A DNA stretch of 64,000 bases. It comes from Azolla caroliniana. Taxonomy: Eukaryota; Plantae; Polypodiophyta. The stretch spans positions 19,034,001-19,098,000 of the forward strand of contig JBHGNT010000001.1 in the NCBI GenBank assembly GCA_043228905.1, written 5' to 3'. Shown here piece by piece: positions 45,164 through 58,535 of this stretch (position 1 is its first letter; every line of letters starts with the position of its first letter). Under the pieces are notes generated by a model. The model was not told the origin of the DNA, ran no database searches, and saw nothing but the letters and a program-made list of their open reading frames with translations. Made by a program: the position numbers and the translations under genes.

Positions 45164-46946
45164 TGAACTTTATGTTTTATGAATGTCATTTTTTGGCTCA
45201 TTGTCTACATATTTTGGAAAATATATATGTTATACATGTATATAATATATTTGTGTTTATATGTATGTATATATGATGTATGTGTATATACATGTATATA
45301 ATATATTTGTGTATATGATATACTGTCACTTATCTATTAACTTCTGTCTTTCCCAGTATGCATGATGGGCTTACAATGTTTGTCGAAAGTAGAGTTGCAA
45401 GTAAAATGTGAATAATACCATGAGTCATTAGTTAATAATGTCTAGTTTGTTTCCAAAACTAATGCTATGGCTTGTCTACTTTTCTGAAGGAAATCTGAAT
45501 AATTTGTAGGTTCTTATAAAAACAGCCCTTCGTCGATATATTGAGATATGGAAAAGAAAAGTTGAAATGTCTTTACACTCATTTGGTCCTAGTTTTAAAA
45601 TATCCTATTGTACTATATGAAGCTAAAAAATAACTTGAATTTGTAAGGCCATTATATTCCAAAATTTCCATTCACATATTTCAAGTAGCAATCATGTGAC
45701 AAGTCAGTCAATCCTATAAAAACAATGAGCTCTCTACATTGGCAAGTTTACGCTTGAAAATTGTTATTTCTCAACACTGGACAAGTTTGTTGTGGTTATG
45801 GCCAACAACTTTTACTCATAACATTGAGAATGATGAGTAGTGGATGCATGCCCTTAATTGTGAGAAATGTGAGTTTAAGTGCATCTTATTGGAATTCTTT
45901 AGCTATGTAGTGTATCTTCACGATATCATAAAATGGACAAGGTCACTAGGATTCAAGCGTGGGATGCTCCAACACAATTCAAGGATGTTGAATCGTTACT
46001 ACAGTTTAGATATATATCGTTGGTTCATATAGGATTTCTCAACACTTAGAGAACATTTAATAGCTCTTATTTGCAAGATAACCCTTCTAGCTAGATTCAT
46101 AGACCCTAGCAAGCATCTCTCAACGTTTGCTCAACCCTTGATAGCTCTTATCCTCAAGATTAACCTTTTTGGCTACAGTCTAGAAGCCTCATCAAGTATT
46201 CGAAGAGCACCTTCATCTTGGTCCTATCCTCCATCTTGGTTTGAAAAAGCCTAAAACAGTATTCTTTTTGTCCCCATTTTATGATCACTATTTCTTGCAA
46301 CTTGTTGTATTTGAGAAGTTTACACCTCTTGAGATTAGTTATCTAGTGTATATCAAGTAGCTAGGCATCTTCATTCGAAATCAATAATGAAAGATATCTT
46401 CATGGACATAATCATTGATTGATAAATTAGCCATGGAGGTTAAGGAAAGTTTGACAAAACCTAGTAAAAAAATGAAATGTGATGAAATGCGAATCCTATC
46501 AAAGAATCTTGATCTGCCATAAGAAGTCTTTCCTGATAAACCCAGTTAGTTGATCAGCAACTTTTAGTATTATTGCTGCCGTTCAGCCTACAACATGATA
46601 ATTTAAAACTTTTGGGTCACAGAAACCATTGATCAAGCAATATTGAACTTTGTTGTAGTTTGGACGAAGGAAGAGGCTAGAAACTCTTAAGGAAAAAGAG
46701 AAGATAAATTCTGAAATCATACTAGAATATTTGATCAAAGCTATAAAAAATTTACAGGTTAAAAGTTGCTAGTCTAGAGAGTGGTAGGAATATAGTAAGA
46801 CAAAAAACTTGGGAAGGGCAAACCAAGACCTTTATTTGTGAAGTGTTATGATGCAATAACATTGAGCACTAGAGAGAAGGATTGTCAAGGCCATATAGAA
46901 CTCCTAGATAGAAATTAGATCTTCTACGAAGATGGGAAGATTCACC

Positions 46947-47240
46947 TAGCAATCAACAATGGTTCAGTTTGAGTAGAATATAAGCACAAACAATGCAATT
47001 TAACATTGTCATGGTTTATATGGTTTTGTTCAATTGGGTTAACGTTGGATGTTTACAATTACTTTGATTTGGCTTGGGGATTCAATGGTTTGGTTTGAGC
47101 CTTTATTTGCTTAAACAGTGTCAGTTGAAATGTTTTGGCTTAAATGCTTCCATGGTTCGATTTGGTTTAAGTTTCAAAATTTTTTAATGGTTTGGTTTGA
47201 AACAATCGAGTTTGAGATTCCCAAACCAAATCATTACCAA
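46947..47240. mobile_element. Degenerate MITE/hAT-like fragment
   Basis: Begins TAGCAAT and has GGTTTGGTTTGAG-type repeats like those at 21682-21894. Confidence 0.4.
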
Positions 47241-47483
47241 TTTTTAGATCAGCTTGATTGAGACACATTGGCATATACAATTGAATTTTGGGAAATGTGG
47301 ATTGTCTGTGAAATTTGTGAAATTTTGGGAAAGGATTTGTGCGGATTTGAGGAGTTAGGATGGAGGTCATTTGGTACAATTTCTTGCAATCCGTCGTCGT
47401 GAAGTAGGAAAGGCTTCACATTAAAAATCCACAATAAGATAAATACATAATTAAAATAAAATGAATCTTGATAGTGTTTAGGC

Positions 47484-48540
47484 CATATTTGTAATATAGA
47501 TAGAGGTCATATTAATAAAGTATTGTGATAATAATATATTATATGAAAAGGCAAATGGATTACATGGGTGAGAGCACCTTATGGGTCTCAAAGCTTACCA
47601 TTTAGCCAACATTCATGACATGTATATGTGTTATTTCATTTGAACTAACATTGTATAGTCTAAAGCATGTAATGTACTACATGTGCACCATATAATACAC
47701 ATGCAAGAGCTTCTTTACATGTGCACGGCATGGCCTACATGCAAAACCATCCCTTTACTATAAAAGGGAAGGGAGTATTGTCACTAGGGAGAGGGAAAAG
47801 AATTATATTATAAGATATATCATAAAGGAGAGAATATGAAGATTATAAACAATTTTAAAGATACAAGAGAAAAATTGGCTTGGTCGTTGTGGGGTTCAAC
47901 TCGCAACGGAAAGGGCGAAGGTAGAAAGATAGAAGGGGAGATTGTGGTCTACCTTCAAGAAAGAGAAGACCAGTAACCTTGTTACATATTTGTAATATAC
48001 ATAGAGGTCATATTAATAAAGCACTATGATAATAATATATTATATGGAAAGGTGAATGGAGCAGAAAAATGTATTACATTGGCGAGAGAGGACTTGGACT
48101 GACAGTCTCCAACCTTATGGGCCTCAAAGCTTACCATTTAGCCAACAATCATGATACGCATGTGTATGCCATTTGAACTAAAATTGTATAATCTAAACCA
48201 TGCACTACATGTGCACCATATAACACACATGCAAGAGCCTCCCTACAACATGTGCGCCACATGGCCCACATGCAAAACCATCCCTTTATTATAGAAGGAG
48301 AAGGGAGTATTGTCACAAGGGAGATGAAAAAGAATTATATTATAAGACATATCGTAAGGGAGAGAAGGAGAGAAGAGGAAGATTGTAAGCAATTTTGAAG
48401 ATATAAGAGAAGAACTAGTTTGGCGGTTGTGGGGCTCAACTTGCAACAAACAGGATAAAGGTTCTAGTCTTATTCTCATAGAAAGATAGAAGGGAAGATT
48501 GTGGTCTACTTTCAAGAAAGAGAAGAGTAGTTACCTTGTG
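47484..48540. repeat. Tandem duplication of a ~500-550-bp LTR-like sequence
   Basis: Units 47484-47984 and 47985-48540 both start CATATTTGTAATATA.ATAGAGGTCATATTAATAAAG and end GTGGTCTAC.TTCAAGAAAGAGAAGA. Confidence 0.85.
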
Positions 48541-48603
48541 AGGCGAAGTGTAAAGGTTGAACGACGCTCGCAACCGTTTTGTACCTCTTTCATAGATAAT
48601 TAT

Positions 48604-49046
48604 TGTAAAGAATCGAGCTTGATTCTATGCAGCGGGATAGATTAAGGATTTGTGTTATGTGTGTGTGTGTGCGTGTGTGTAAAGAGGAGAGGAAAGGAGA
48701 AAAACACAAGATAGATAGGAAAAATGAAATACTCAAGAAGATGTATGTATTAGGAAGTGGAGAACAACTACAACAATATGAATATTAGAAAGGAGATAAA
48801 CCGACACATTACAAAGTAGGAGGGTGCTTTATATAAGTTCACTCTCTCTCTACACTAATTCTCTCACTAAAACACCCACACTCTCTGTAGAACCTTGGGG
48901 AATGTGGAAACTTATTAGTTATGGGGAAAATATGGAACTCATTAGTTATGTGTCATTCTATGACACATAGTTAAAATGTAGAAGGTAGTGACGACCTTTG
49001 ACCTTTGAGTTCACACACTAGACTAAGTTGAGCTTGATTCTCAACA
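48604..49046 (-). repeat. Solo copia LTR (family E/A-related)
   Basis: Minus strand TGTTGAGAATCAAGCTCAAC..TTCTTTACA. No clean TSD. Confidence 0.8.
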
Positions 49047-49049
49047 CAT

Positions 49050-49375
49050 TGTTGGAGTCTAAGACCGTCAATGCGGAAACAAGAACATCTATGCTTAGAA
49101 GATCACCGAGTTAGCAAGTTAAGGCAAAATCCAAGAGACAGAGTGAGAGAGAGGAGAGACGGTGAATGGCACACAATATGTAAATATATTATTCGAACTC
49201 AGAGTTACAATAGAATGGAGGCAAAAACCTTATGAGCTAGGTTACAAATCTCGTTATATACTAATGAGCTTGGGCAATTGCCCTTTGACATATTTACATT
49301 ATTGTCTGAAACCTAGTCTGTCCAAGGGACAATGTGAATATGGCCATTATATATTCGTATTCGACACTCCCCCGT
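49050..49375 (-). repeat. 3' LTR and PPT of another truncated element
   Basis: TGTTGG..TCGACA followed by CTCCCCC (minus-strand PPT). Confidence 0.55.
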
Positions 49376-50754
49376 AATGGGTGTATACAACAAAAAATCA
49401 AATCTGTAAGAGAATAAACAAAAAATTTGGAGCTATAGCATGGCTGAGAGGCATTCAGTTGGTAGTTGGTAATTTGTCTACCTAGGATGTGGTGAATGTT
49501 GAGATATCTAAGGGTGGGCTTGCTTGTTGAGAAGATGTGGAGGTAGGAATTGACCTATTGGGGGTAGGCGCTATGTTTGTCATTGGGGCTTGGCATCACC
49601 ATTTGGAAAGAAGTTTGGTCATAGGCTTTGGGTTGTTATCCACGTGGTTTTTGATGGGGAACAATCCCCTCACTTGCAAGAGGCATTGAAGAATGATGAT
49701 GAACACGTTGAAGTGGTGCTATACGAAGAAGATACCGTTGAATGAAGTGAATAACTCGTCAATTGCACGCTCGCTTATCCTGGTTAATGAGATTGATGAC
49801 TATTCACAACCTCTCCATGCTAAGACTAAAAATCTTGTCTTTGAAGTCACCAAGGATAAGGATAAGGAGAAACAGGAAGAAGATGGGATATAACTGATGA
49901 GGTATAGACACGTAAGAGTGTAACACGCGTCACGTTTTATGCTCAATTATAATGAAAAAAAAAAACACAAGAAACACACACAATGACACAACAAAGACAA
50001 CACAAGATTTAACGTGGAAAAACCCTCAATGAGGGAAACAACCACGGGACAAAAGTCCAAAACCAATCCACTATCACCAAAGAGATACAACACAAGTACA
50101 AATTCTACTTCTAGATATACTAGAAATAAGTAGAGATATGTAGCATAGTACTACCGACAAAGATGGTACAATAATACAAAGGGATAAGATTATCTCTCAA
50201 GCATATAAGAGAAAAGAAGAGAGAAGAAAACCCGGATAAGAACATCCACAAGTCGAAGTAGTAGCCGTGTAGATCTCACATTGAGTAGCGGAGATGGAAA
50301 GGAGATTGGAAATAGATGAGTTGAGCACCAACCTTCACCAAGCTTCTCCAAGCTTCACCAAGCTTCACCAAGCTTCACCAAGCTTCACCAAGCTTCACTA
50401 AGCTTCACTATGCTTCTCTATGCTTCACTATACTTCACACTCATCCTTTGTTCTCACCTCTTCCCATGTATATATCTCCTTTCCTCCCTCTCTTCTCTTT
50501 GTCTCTCTCAAAACAAAAACGATCGTTTTGTTTTGTTTTCCTCTTTATTATTATTATTATTATTATTCTTTTCTTTCTTTACTCACTAAAAATGTAACTT
50601 ACATTTACCCTTTTAAAGAAATAAAGTAAGGGTAATAATTACTAAAGAAACAAAACTTTTGTTTTGTTTTATATTACTATCTAATAATAATAATAAATAT
50701 TATTAAAAAAGAAAAGACAAAATAGTGATCGGATACATTAACAATCTCCCCCTC

Positions 50755-51886
50755 TGGTGTCGCGAAAATACGACGAGGATACGTGAACGTTGAGGCAAGA
50801 CCCCTCGGGGCCTTTGACTAGAGGATATCAAATTCGTGTATTTATGTACTAAGAATTAACCGAAATGAGAAAGATTAACAAATTTCATTAACAAGTAGAA
50901 AGAAAGATTGCAATTAATCGCAAGATTGGGATTACAAAAAGTTTGCTAATGGAGATGGCTAGAGTAATAGATTAGAGAAAATTAAGATATGAATTCTATA
51001 GAAAATTAGGGTTTTTGGTTTTGATAAGAGATTATGGTTTTATGAGTTGAATAGCTTCTGTATGAAATCTTAGGGTTATGAGTAAGATATGGCTTTCATA
51101 AGGAAATTAGGGTTTACTTGAGAGATATGGCTTCGATAAGATAGGGGAGCTTCGAAAGGAAAGGAAAAAAATTAAGATAATATGGAGAGAGCCTGAGTGT
51201 AGGAAAAAAAATGGAATTTTATATGGAGTTCTCCCTTGATCATCTGCATGTCCACTTTTTGTTGCATGGCCTCTACTTTTAGTTGCTTAACTTTTTCTTA
51301 GAGTTGCATCTATTTTTAGTTGCATGGCTTTTTCGTTTAGTTGCATGTGACTGTCCACATGACCTTTACTTTTTGCATGCACTCCAACTTTAGTTACTTG
51401 CGTCCACATGGCCTTTACTTTAGTTCTCTTCACTTTTAGTTTAGTTTGTTGCATGATCCAATCTTCCATCCGTCCGTGTCCAACCTCGTTCGGTAGCCGG
51501 TTCCGCCCGATCGTCGAATCCCTCGTCGTCTGGTTCCCATTTTGCTTGCCGGTCGGTTCCGGTTCCAGTTTGCTTGTCGGTTGTAGTTCCGGTTTTGCTT
51601 ACCGACCGATTTCCGGTTTCCGGTTTTGCTTACCGACCGGTTCCGATTCCGGTTTGCTTGCCGGTTCCGGTTCCAGTTTTGCTTGTCGACCGGTTTTGAT
51701 TTTACTTACCGATTGGTTTTCGGTTTGCATACTGGTTCCGGTTCCGGTTTTCCTTGCCGGTTCCGATTTTGCTTACCAGCCTGTTTTCGGTTTGCATACC
51801 GGTCGGTTTCCGGATTTGCTTACCGGACCGGTTTTCGGATTTGCTTATCAGCCAGTTTCCGGTTTTTGGGAATTTGTCGACCATCA
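50755..51886 (-). repeat. Solo LTR K (~1.13 kb) inserted next to the PPT of J
   Basis: TG..CA termini, CCGG-rich repeats at 51490-51870 and TAGTTGCATG repeats at 51240-51450. TSD imperfect (CCCTC/CCATC). Confidence 0.65.
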
Positions 51887-52208
51887 TCCATCAAGACAAA
51901 GTGGCCAAAGTGCTCTTAACACAAATGAAAAATGAGGGAGCTCAAGGTGCATATATAGCCAGGGCCTTAACTTTCCTATCTATGTGGGATAGTTCTAATT
52001 TCCCTATCTTCTCAAACTTTATTTTCACATAACTTGATATGTATTTCTCCATTTTGTATATAGTAAAATACATTTTGAAGCTCTTGAGTATATCCATCTT
52101 TCTATAGTAAGCTACTAATCTAATCTATAATAATTATTTCATTATTTTTTACATAGTGTGTGAAGATTCACACGACACCAATCACACAAGGAGAGAATTG
52201 CTTGTGTA

Positions 52209-55200
52209 TCAATTTATCTCCATTCCGGCAAGCTTGGCACATAGCTCAAGCTTCTCCCTTGGAACCACCTTTGTTAGCATGGCAGCAACGTTGTCATCAG
52301 TATGAACTTTATCTAATTGCAACGTTTGCTCCTCAATCGCCAATCGTAACCAATGATACCTTACATCGATGTGTTTTGTTCGTGAGTGATACATTGAGTT
52401 CTTGCTTAGGTCCATTGCACTTTGACTGTTACAAAACACCTCATAAGTTAATTGGCTCAAACCCAATTCTAAAAGAAACCTTTTCATCCAAAGCATTTCT
52501 TTGCCAGCCTCAGTTGCCGCAATGTATTCAGCTTCCGTAGTGGACAAGGCAACACACTTTTGCAATTTGGATTGCCATGATATAGCTCCCCCTGCAAAAG
52601 TAAATAAGAAACCGGATGTAGATTTCCTACCATCAAGATCTCCAGCCATGTCTGCATTTGTAAAGCCTTCAAGAATTGGTTTAGAACCTCCAAAACAAAT
52701 GCACAACTTAGATGTACCTCTCAAATACCGTAGAATCCATTTTACAGCATTCCAATGAGATTTACCAGGGTTAGAGAGATACTACTCACTATACCAACTG
52801 CGTGTGCAATATCTGGTCGTGTGCCAACCATAGCATACATTAAAGATCCAACAGCTGAGGCATAGGGAATCAATGACATCTCATCTCTTTCCTCCTCGGT
52901 GATTGGACAACATTTCCTACTCAATTTAAAGTGAGTGGCAAGAGGAGTACTTACTGGTTTCGAATGTTGCATGTTGAACCTTTCGAGGATTCTTTCTATG
53001 TACGTTTCTTGTGAAAGCCACAATTTCTTTGATTCTCTATCACGAGTTATTTGCATACCTAAAATGTGCTTAGAAGGCCCTAAATCTTTCATGTCAAAAG
53101 TCTTAGATAACTCCACTTTTAACCTATTAATCATATTTAGGTCTTGCCCAACAATTAGCATATCATCAACATACAAAAGAAGTATAATAAAATTACCATC
53201 CTCAAATTGTTTAACATACACACAATGGTCCGCATTAGTTCTTTTATAACCTTGATTCACCATAAAAGAATCAAACTTTTTATACCATTGGCGCGGTGCT
53301 TGTTTTAGGCCATAAAGACTCTTTTTCAACCTATATACCAAATGTTCTTTCCCTTTCTCTTTAAAACCCTCCGGTTGTTCCATGTATATTTCCTCGTTTA
53401 GGTCACCATGTAAAAAAGTAGTTTTCACATCTAGTTGTTCAAGTTCAAGGTTTAAACTAGCTACCAAACCTGACACAACTCGTATTGAGCTTAATTTCAC
53501 AACTAGTGAGAAAATTTCGTCAAAATCAATTCCTTTCTTTTGACCATATCCTTTTACCACCAAACGAGCTTTATATTTTATAAAGTTATCATCACCCCTT
53601 TTTAACTTAAACACCCATTTATTTTTCAAAGCTCTCCTACCCTTAGGAAGTTCAGCTAGCTCAAATGTGTTGTTCTTTTTCAAAGAATTAATTTCTTCAT
53701 GCATGGCCTCTACCCAACTATCTTTGTCTTTAAGAGTTTGCACATCATGAAAAATTTCCGGTTCACCTTCATTAGTGAGTAGAACATATTCAGAACTAGG
53801 ATACCTCGTGGATGATCGTCGTTCTCTAGTAGATCTCCTTAAAGGTAGATTTGCCACCTCTTGTAATGGAAGTTGCTCCCACCGCTCAAGACCTATCTCT
53901 GGCAAAACAACATCATTATTAGCATCATCTACAATCAACAGCTCACCAACATCCTCATGTTGCTCCTCTTGTTGTGAGGCACTCTCTTGTGTATCATCAT
54001 CCATCATAGGAATTGGATCGATATCTACCAGGTCACCATCTGAAAAGGTACTTGACCTTTCCGCCTTGTCAATGTCCTCAATAGTTTGGTCTTCGATGAA
54101 CACTACATCACGACTCCTAATAAGCTTCTTTCCCACAGGATCGTAACACCTATAACCAAAATCATCTTGACCATATCCAATAAAAATGCATTGTTTAGAT
54201 ATAGCATCTAACTTCGATCTTTCATCTTTGGGTATATGTACAAAACACTTACACCCAAACACACGTAAGTAATCATAAGAGACATCTTTACCATACCACA
54301 CTCTATTTGGTACATCACCTTGCAATGCGGTAGTAGGAGATAGATTAATGATATGTGCAACAGTATTCAAAGCCTCACCCCAAAATGATTTAGGTAACCT
54401 TGCATTTGAGAGTAAGCACCTAACTCTTTCAACTAGGGTTCTATTCATTCTTTCGGCCAAACCATTTAATTTGGGAGTCTTAGGAGGGGTTCTTTGATGT
54501 TTGATACCTTGCTCTCGACAATACGCATCAAAAGATCCACAGTATTCGCCACCATTATCGCTGCGAATACATTTCAGTTTCTTCCCTGTCTCTCGCTCAA
54601 TAGAAACGTGAAACTCTTTAAAAACATCAAAAACTTGATCTTTTGATTTCAACATTCGAACCCAAAGCTTCCTAGAATGATCATCAATGAAAGTAACAAA
54701 GTAAAGTGCTCCACCCATTGACCTTAGCTTCAAGGGTCCACACACATTAGAATGCACTAGCTCGAGTATACCTTTTTGTCGAAGAGAAGAATGCTTAAAG
54801 GAAACCCTCTTATCCTTCCTTGCCAAACAATGATCACATGTATCTAACTTCACATCTTTTAAACCTGGTAGGACGTTCTTTTTTGCTAGAAAGTCAAGTC
54901 CCTTTTCACTAATATGGGACAATCTCTTATGCCACAATTTTGAAACATCTTGATTTTCAACTGCATTGACAAAGTTAGTAGAGACAGAAGCTTGCAAAAG
55001 ATATAAACCATTGTGACAACATTTATTTGCTTTCGGAACAATCAAAGAACCCTTACAGATTTTCCACTTACCATTTTGAGACGCATGGTTATAGCCCTCG
55101 TCGTCTAATGTACTTGTGGAGATTAGATCCAATCTAATATCGGGCACGTGTCGTACTTGATGTAGAATCAACTTGAACCCCGTCTTGGTTTGCAAGCAAA

Positions 55201-56224
55201 TGGTTCTTGTGCCGACTACCTTTGCAAATCCATCATTCCCCATCTTCACAACACCATAGTCACCTGGAGTGTAAGATGAGAAAAAATCCCTTCTAGACAT
55301 AACATGGTGGGAGGCACCACTATCAAGAACCCAAGTGGTTTCATGGCTACTTATGTTAACTTCATTGTAACTTGTACATACAACAAGTAAATCATTAGAG
55401 GAAGCAACATTAACAGAATCGATATTGTCATTCACATTTTTCTTATCTTTCATGTAGTTCGACACTTTATTTTCCTTCTTCCATTTGAAACAATATTTCT
55501 TTATGTGACCTGTCTTACCACAAAAATGACAAACTAAATCTTTATATTTAGACTTTGACTTACTTCTACTTCTACCTTTGTTGTTTCGGTCATCACTCCT
55601 CTTTTGGCTTCTTCCTCTATTTTCAGCAACGAAGGCTTCCATGTTTGATGTTGCTCCTTGCGTCCTTCACCGCATTTCTTCATTTAGAATTCCACTCTTC
55701 ACAAGTTCCATTGTCATACCTCCCTTAGGAGCTGCACTAGCTAGAGTAACCCTAAATGTTTCCCATGACTCGGGAAGAGTATTTCGCAACCATAAAGAAA
55801 GAACTTCTTCTTCAAAGTTTATACCCATGCTAGACAATTGATCAAAACATCCTTGAAATTCATTTAAATGATCTAAAACCGACTTATTTTCTTTATAAGT
55901 CAAATGCATCGCTTGTTTGAGTAAAAACAACTTATTGTTACCGGTTCTAGAAGCATATAAGGTTTCTAATTTATTCCACAAAGTCTTTGCATTTGTTTCA
56001 TTCACAACATGATTCAAGACATTATCTCCTACCCATTGACGAATGAAACCACATACTTGTTCATTTTCAAAATCCCATTCCTCATCATTTTTCAATTCGG
56101 GTTTAATCTTTCCGAATATAGGTAAATGCATATTTTTAACAAAAAGCAAATCTTTCATTTTTCCTTTCCATTTTTGATAGTTCGTGCCATTTAAAACAAC
56201 CATTGTTGATGTGTTTGCCTCCAT
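52209..56224 (-). pseudogene. pol: gag-pol of copia J (one stop, one frameshift)
   Basis: gag 55667-56224 ends in a premature TGA. The 966-aa ORF 52742-55642 has CCHC, LDSGAS, INT and YVDD. RH at 52209-52724 follows a frameshift near 52780. Confidence 0.93.
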
Positions 56225-57808
56225 TTATAATCGAGCAAACAAAACACAACCTCCGCTCTGATACCACTTGATGAGGTATAGACACGTAAGAGTGTAACAC
56301 GCGTAACGTTTTATGCTCAATTATAATGAAAAAAAAAAACACAAGAAACACACACAATGACACAACAAAGATTACGCAAGATTTAACGTGGAAAACCCCT
56401 CAATGAGGGAAACAACCACGGGACAAAAGTCCAAAACCAATCCACTATCACCAAAGAGATACAACACAAGTACAAATTCTACTTCTAGATATACTAGAAA
56501 TAAGTAGAGATATGTAGCATAGTACTACCGACAAAGATGGTACAATAATACAAAGGGATAAGATTATCTCTCAAGCATATAAGAGAAAAGAAGAGAGAAG
56601 AAAACCCGGATAAGAACGTCCACAAGTCGAAGTAGTAGTCGTGTAGATCTCACATTGAGTAGCGGAGATGGAAAGGAGATTGGAAATAGATGAGTTGAGC
56701 ACCAAGCTTCACCAAGCTTCTCCAAGCTTCACCAAGCTTCACTATGCTTCACTATACTTCACACTCATCCTTTGTTCTCACCTCTTCCCATATATATATC
56801 TCCTTTCCTCCCTCTCTTCTCTTTGTCTCTCTCAAAAAAGAAACGGTCGTTTTGTTTTGTTTTCCTCTTTATTATTATTATTATTAATTTTCTTTTTCTT
56901 TCTTTACTCACTAAAAAACATAACTTACATTTACCCTTTTAAAGAAATAAAGTAAGGGTAATAATTACTAAAGAAACAAAACTTTCGTTTTGTTTTATAT
57001 TACTATCTAAAAATAATAATAAATATTATTAAAAAAGAAAAGACAAAATAGTGACCGGATACATTAACAATAAGAAAGAAAGAAGAAGAAGATGAGAGAT
57101 GAGAAGGGACAATGGAGAAAGGAGAAAGGATTGAAGAAGCCATAACTTATGGCTTGGGGATAGATAGACAGAGGCAGACAAGAAGGTGAAGACGATGAAG
57201 ACACAAAAGGAAGATAAAAGATGAACAGGAGAAAGAAGAAGCCAAAAGGAGAAAACAAAGGGACAGAGATGGTGATGATGATCGAAAGCGAAGAGAAGGA
57301 AAGAAGTAGCAGAGAGGAGCATGTGATCGAGATAGAGAGAAAACAAGAGGCCCTGATCACAAGGATAGAGAGAAGAATGGCCAATAGTGAGCAATAGGAG
57401 GCCGACTCAAGAAGAACTAGAGAAGAAGAAGAACAGAGAATAAAAATAGACAGAGAAAGAGGAAAAGAAGGAACAGAAAAAGGGAGGGGCATACAGACAA
57501 ATTTCACAAACATGAGGGCATCAAGAAGAGAAAGAGAAGGGGGCATGCGACTAATTTTCAAAAATCAAGGGCACCAAAAGAATTTCTGAAAACTTGAGGG
57601 CATATAACCAAGGGTAACTAATAGAATTTCAATAACCAAAGGGCATCCATAGAATTTCCAAAACCCACATGAAATGAAAGCAAAAACACATACACATACA
57701 CACAATATCATTTTAAGACCTAAAAGAGAGTATCGAAGTTGCTATGTTAGGGGATGTGCCGATCGAATGAGAGGTTCGTGTCATTGAGATATAAGTTCAA
57801 GTTACATG

Positions 57809-58288
57809 TGTAAGGATCGGAACCGGCCACAACCAGTTACGTGGAAAACCCGAAAGGAAAAAACCACAGGAGTCCACAAACCCCAAGAAAACAAATCACT
57901 ATGTGTATAGATAGGAGTACAAGGAGACTCGGAGGCAACAACCTCAAGCTCGTCTTCGTCTAACAGACGGCGGCAGAGTTACTACTCTCACTCACTCTCT
58001 CTCACTCACAGGTATAGAGGCAACTACCTTCTCCAACTATATAACAATAATGATCAACTACACCTAATAAAGTTTGTCCTAGTTGTATGTATACTTATAC
58101 AACTTTTTGGCTATTTATAGATATAGCCCACATGAGGCACATTTAGACTATTTACAAATATAGTCTCTTGAATCAATTATATAATCGATTTTCGATTTCG
58201 GTTTTCTGCCTCGGCCGAACTACTCACTTACTCTAGCTGATTCGGTTTGTTCTCTTCTTCCTATCTGGAGGGACCTGTTTTCCCAACA
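57809..58288 (-). repeat. Solo copia LTR (D/H-related)
   Basis: TG..CA termini and perfect 5-bp TSD ACATG. Shares GGCCACAACC, ACGTGGAAAACCC and GGAGGGAC motifs with D and H. Confidence 0.92.
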
Positions 58289-58392
58289 ACATGTGTTCCG
58301 GCCGAGGGAGTTCTGATTGAAGAGATAGGAGAACATCGAGGTGGTTTTGTTCGTGTTTATCAAAGTCATGTGGGTTCAGTCGTCCAACGCAT

Positions 58393-58493
58393 TGTATAAA
58401 GAGTTTCGTATGCGGAAACTTATGAATCAACACAGTCGGCTCAACCACAGTTAGGTAAAACACAGAGGAAAGCAGAAATACAGTAAGCAGGAG

Positions 58494-58535
<42 letters not shown>

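Larger units (their letters stand above)
49895..57069 (-). mobile_element. Near-intact Ty1/copia element J (Tnt1/Tork-like)
   Basis: LTRs at 49895-50743 and 56269-57069, TSD ATAAC/ATAAG, PBS TGGTATCAGAGC (56266-56255) and PPT at 50744-50754. Confidence 0.95.

Noticed and set aside
45480-46945. Possible very old gypsy integrase/gag relics, plus a LINE-like relic at 43200-43920
   Set aside because: Too degraded to assign boundaries or families by eye.
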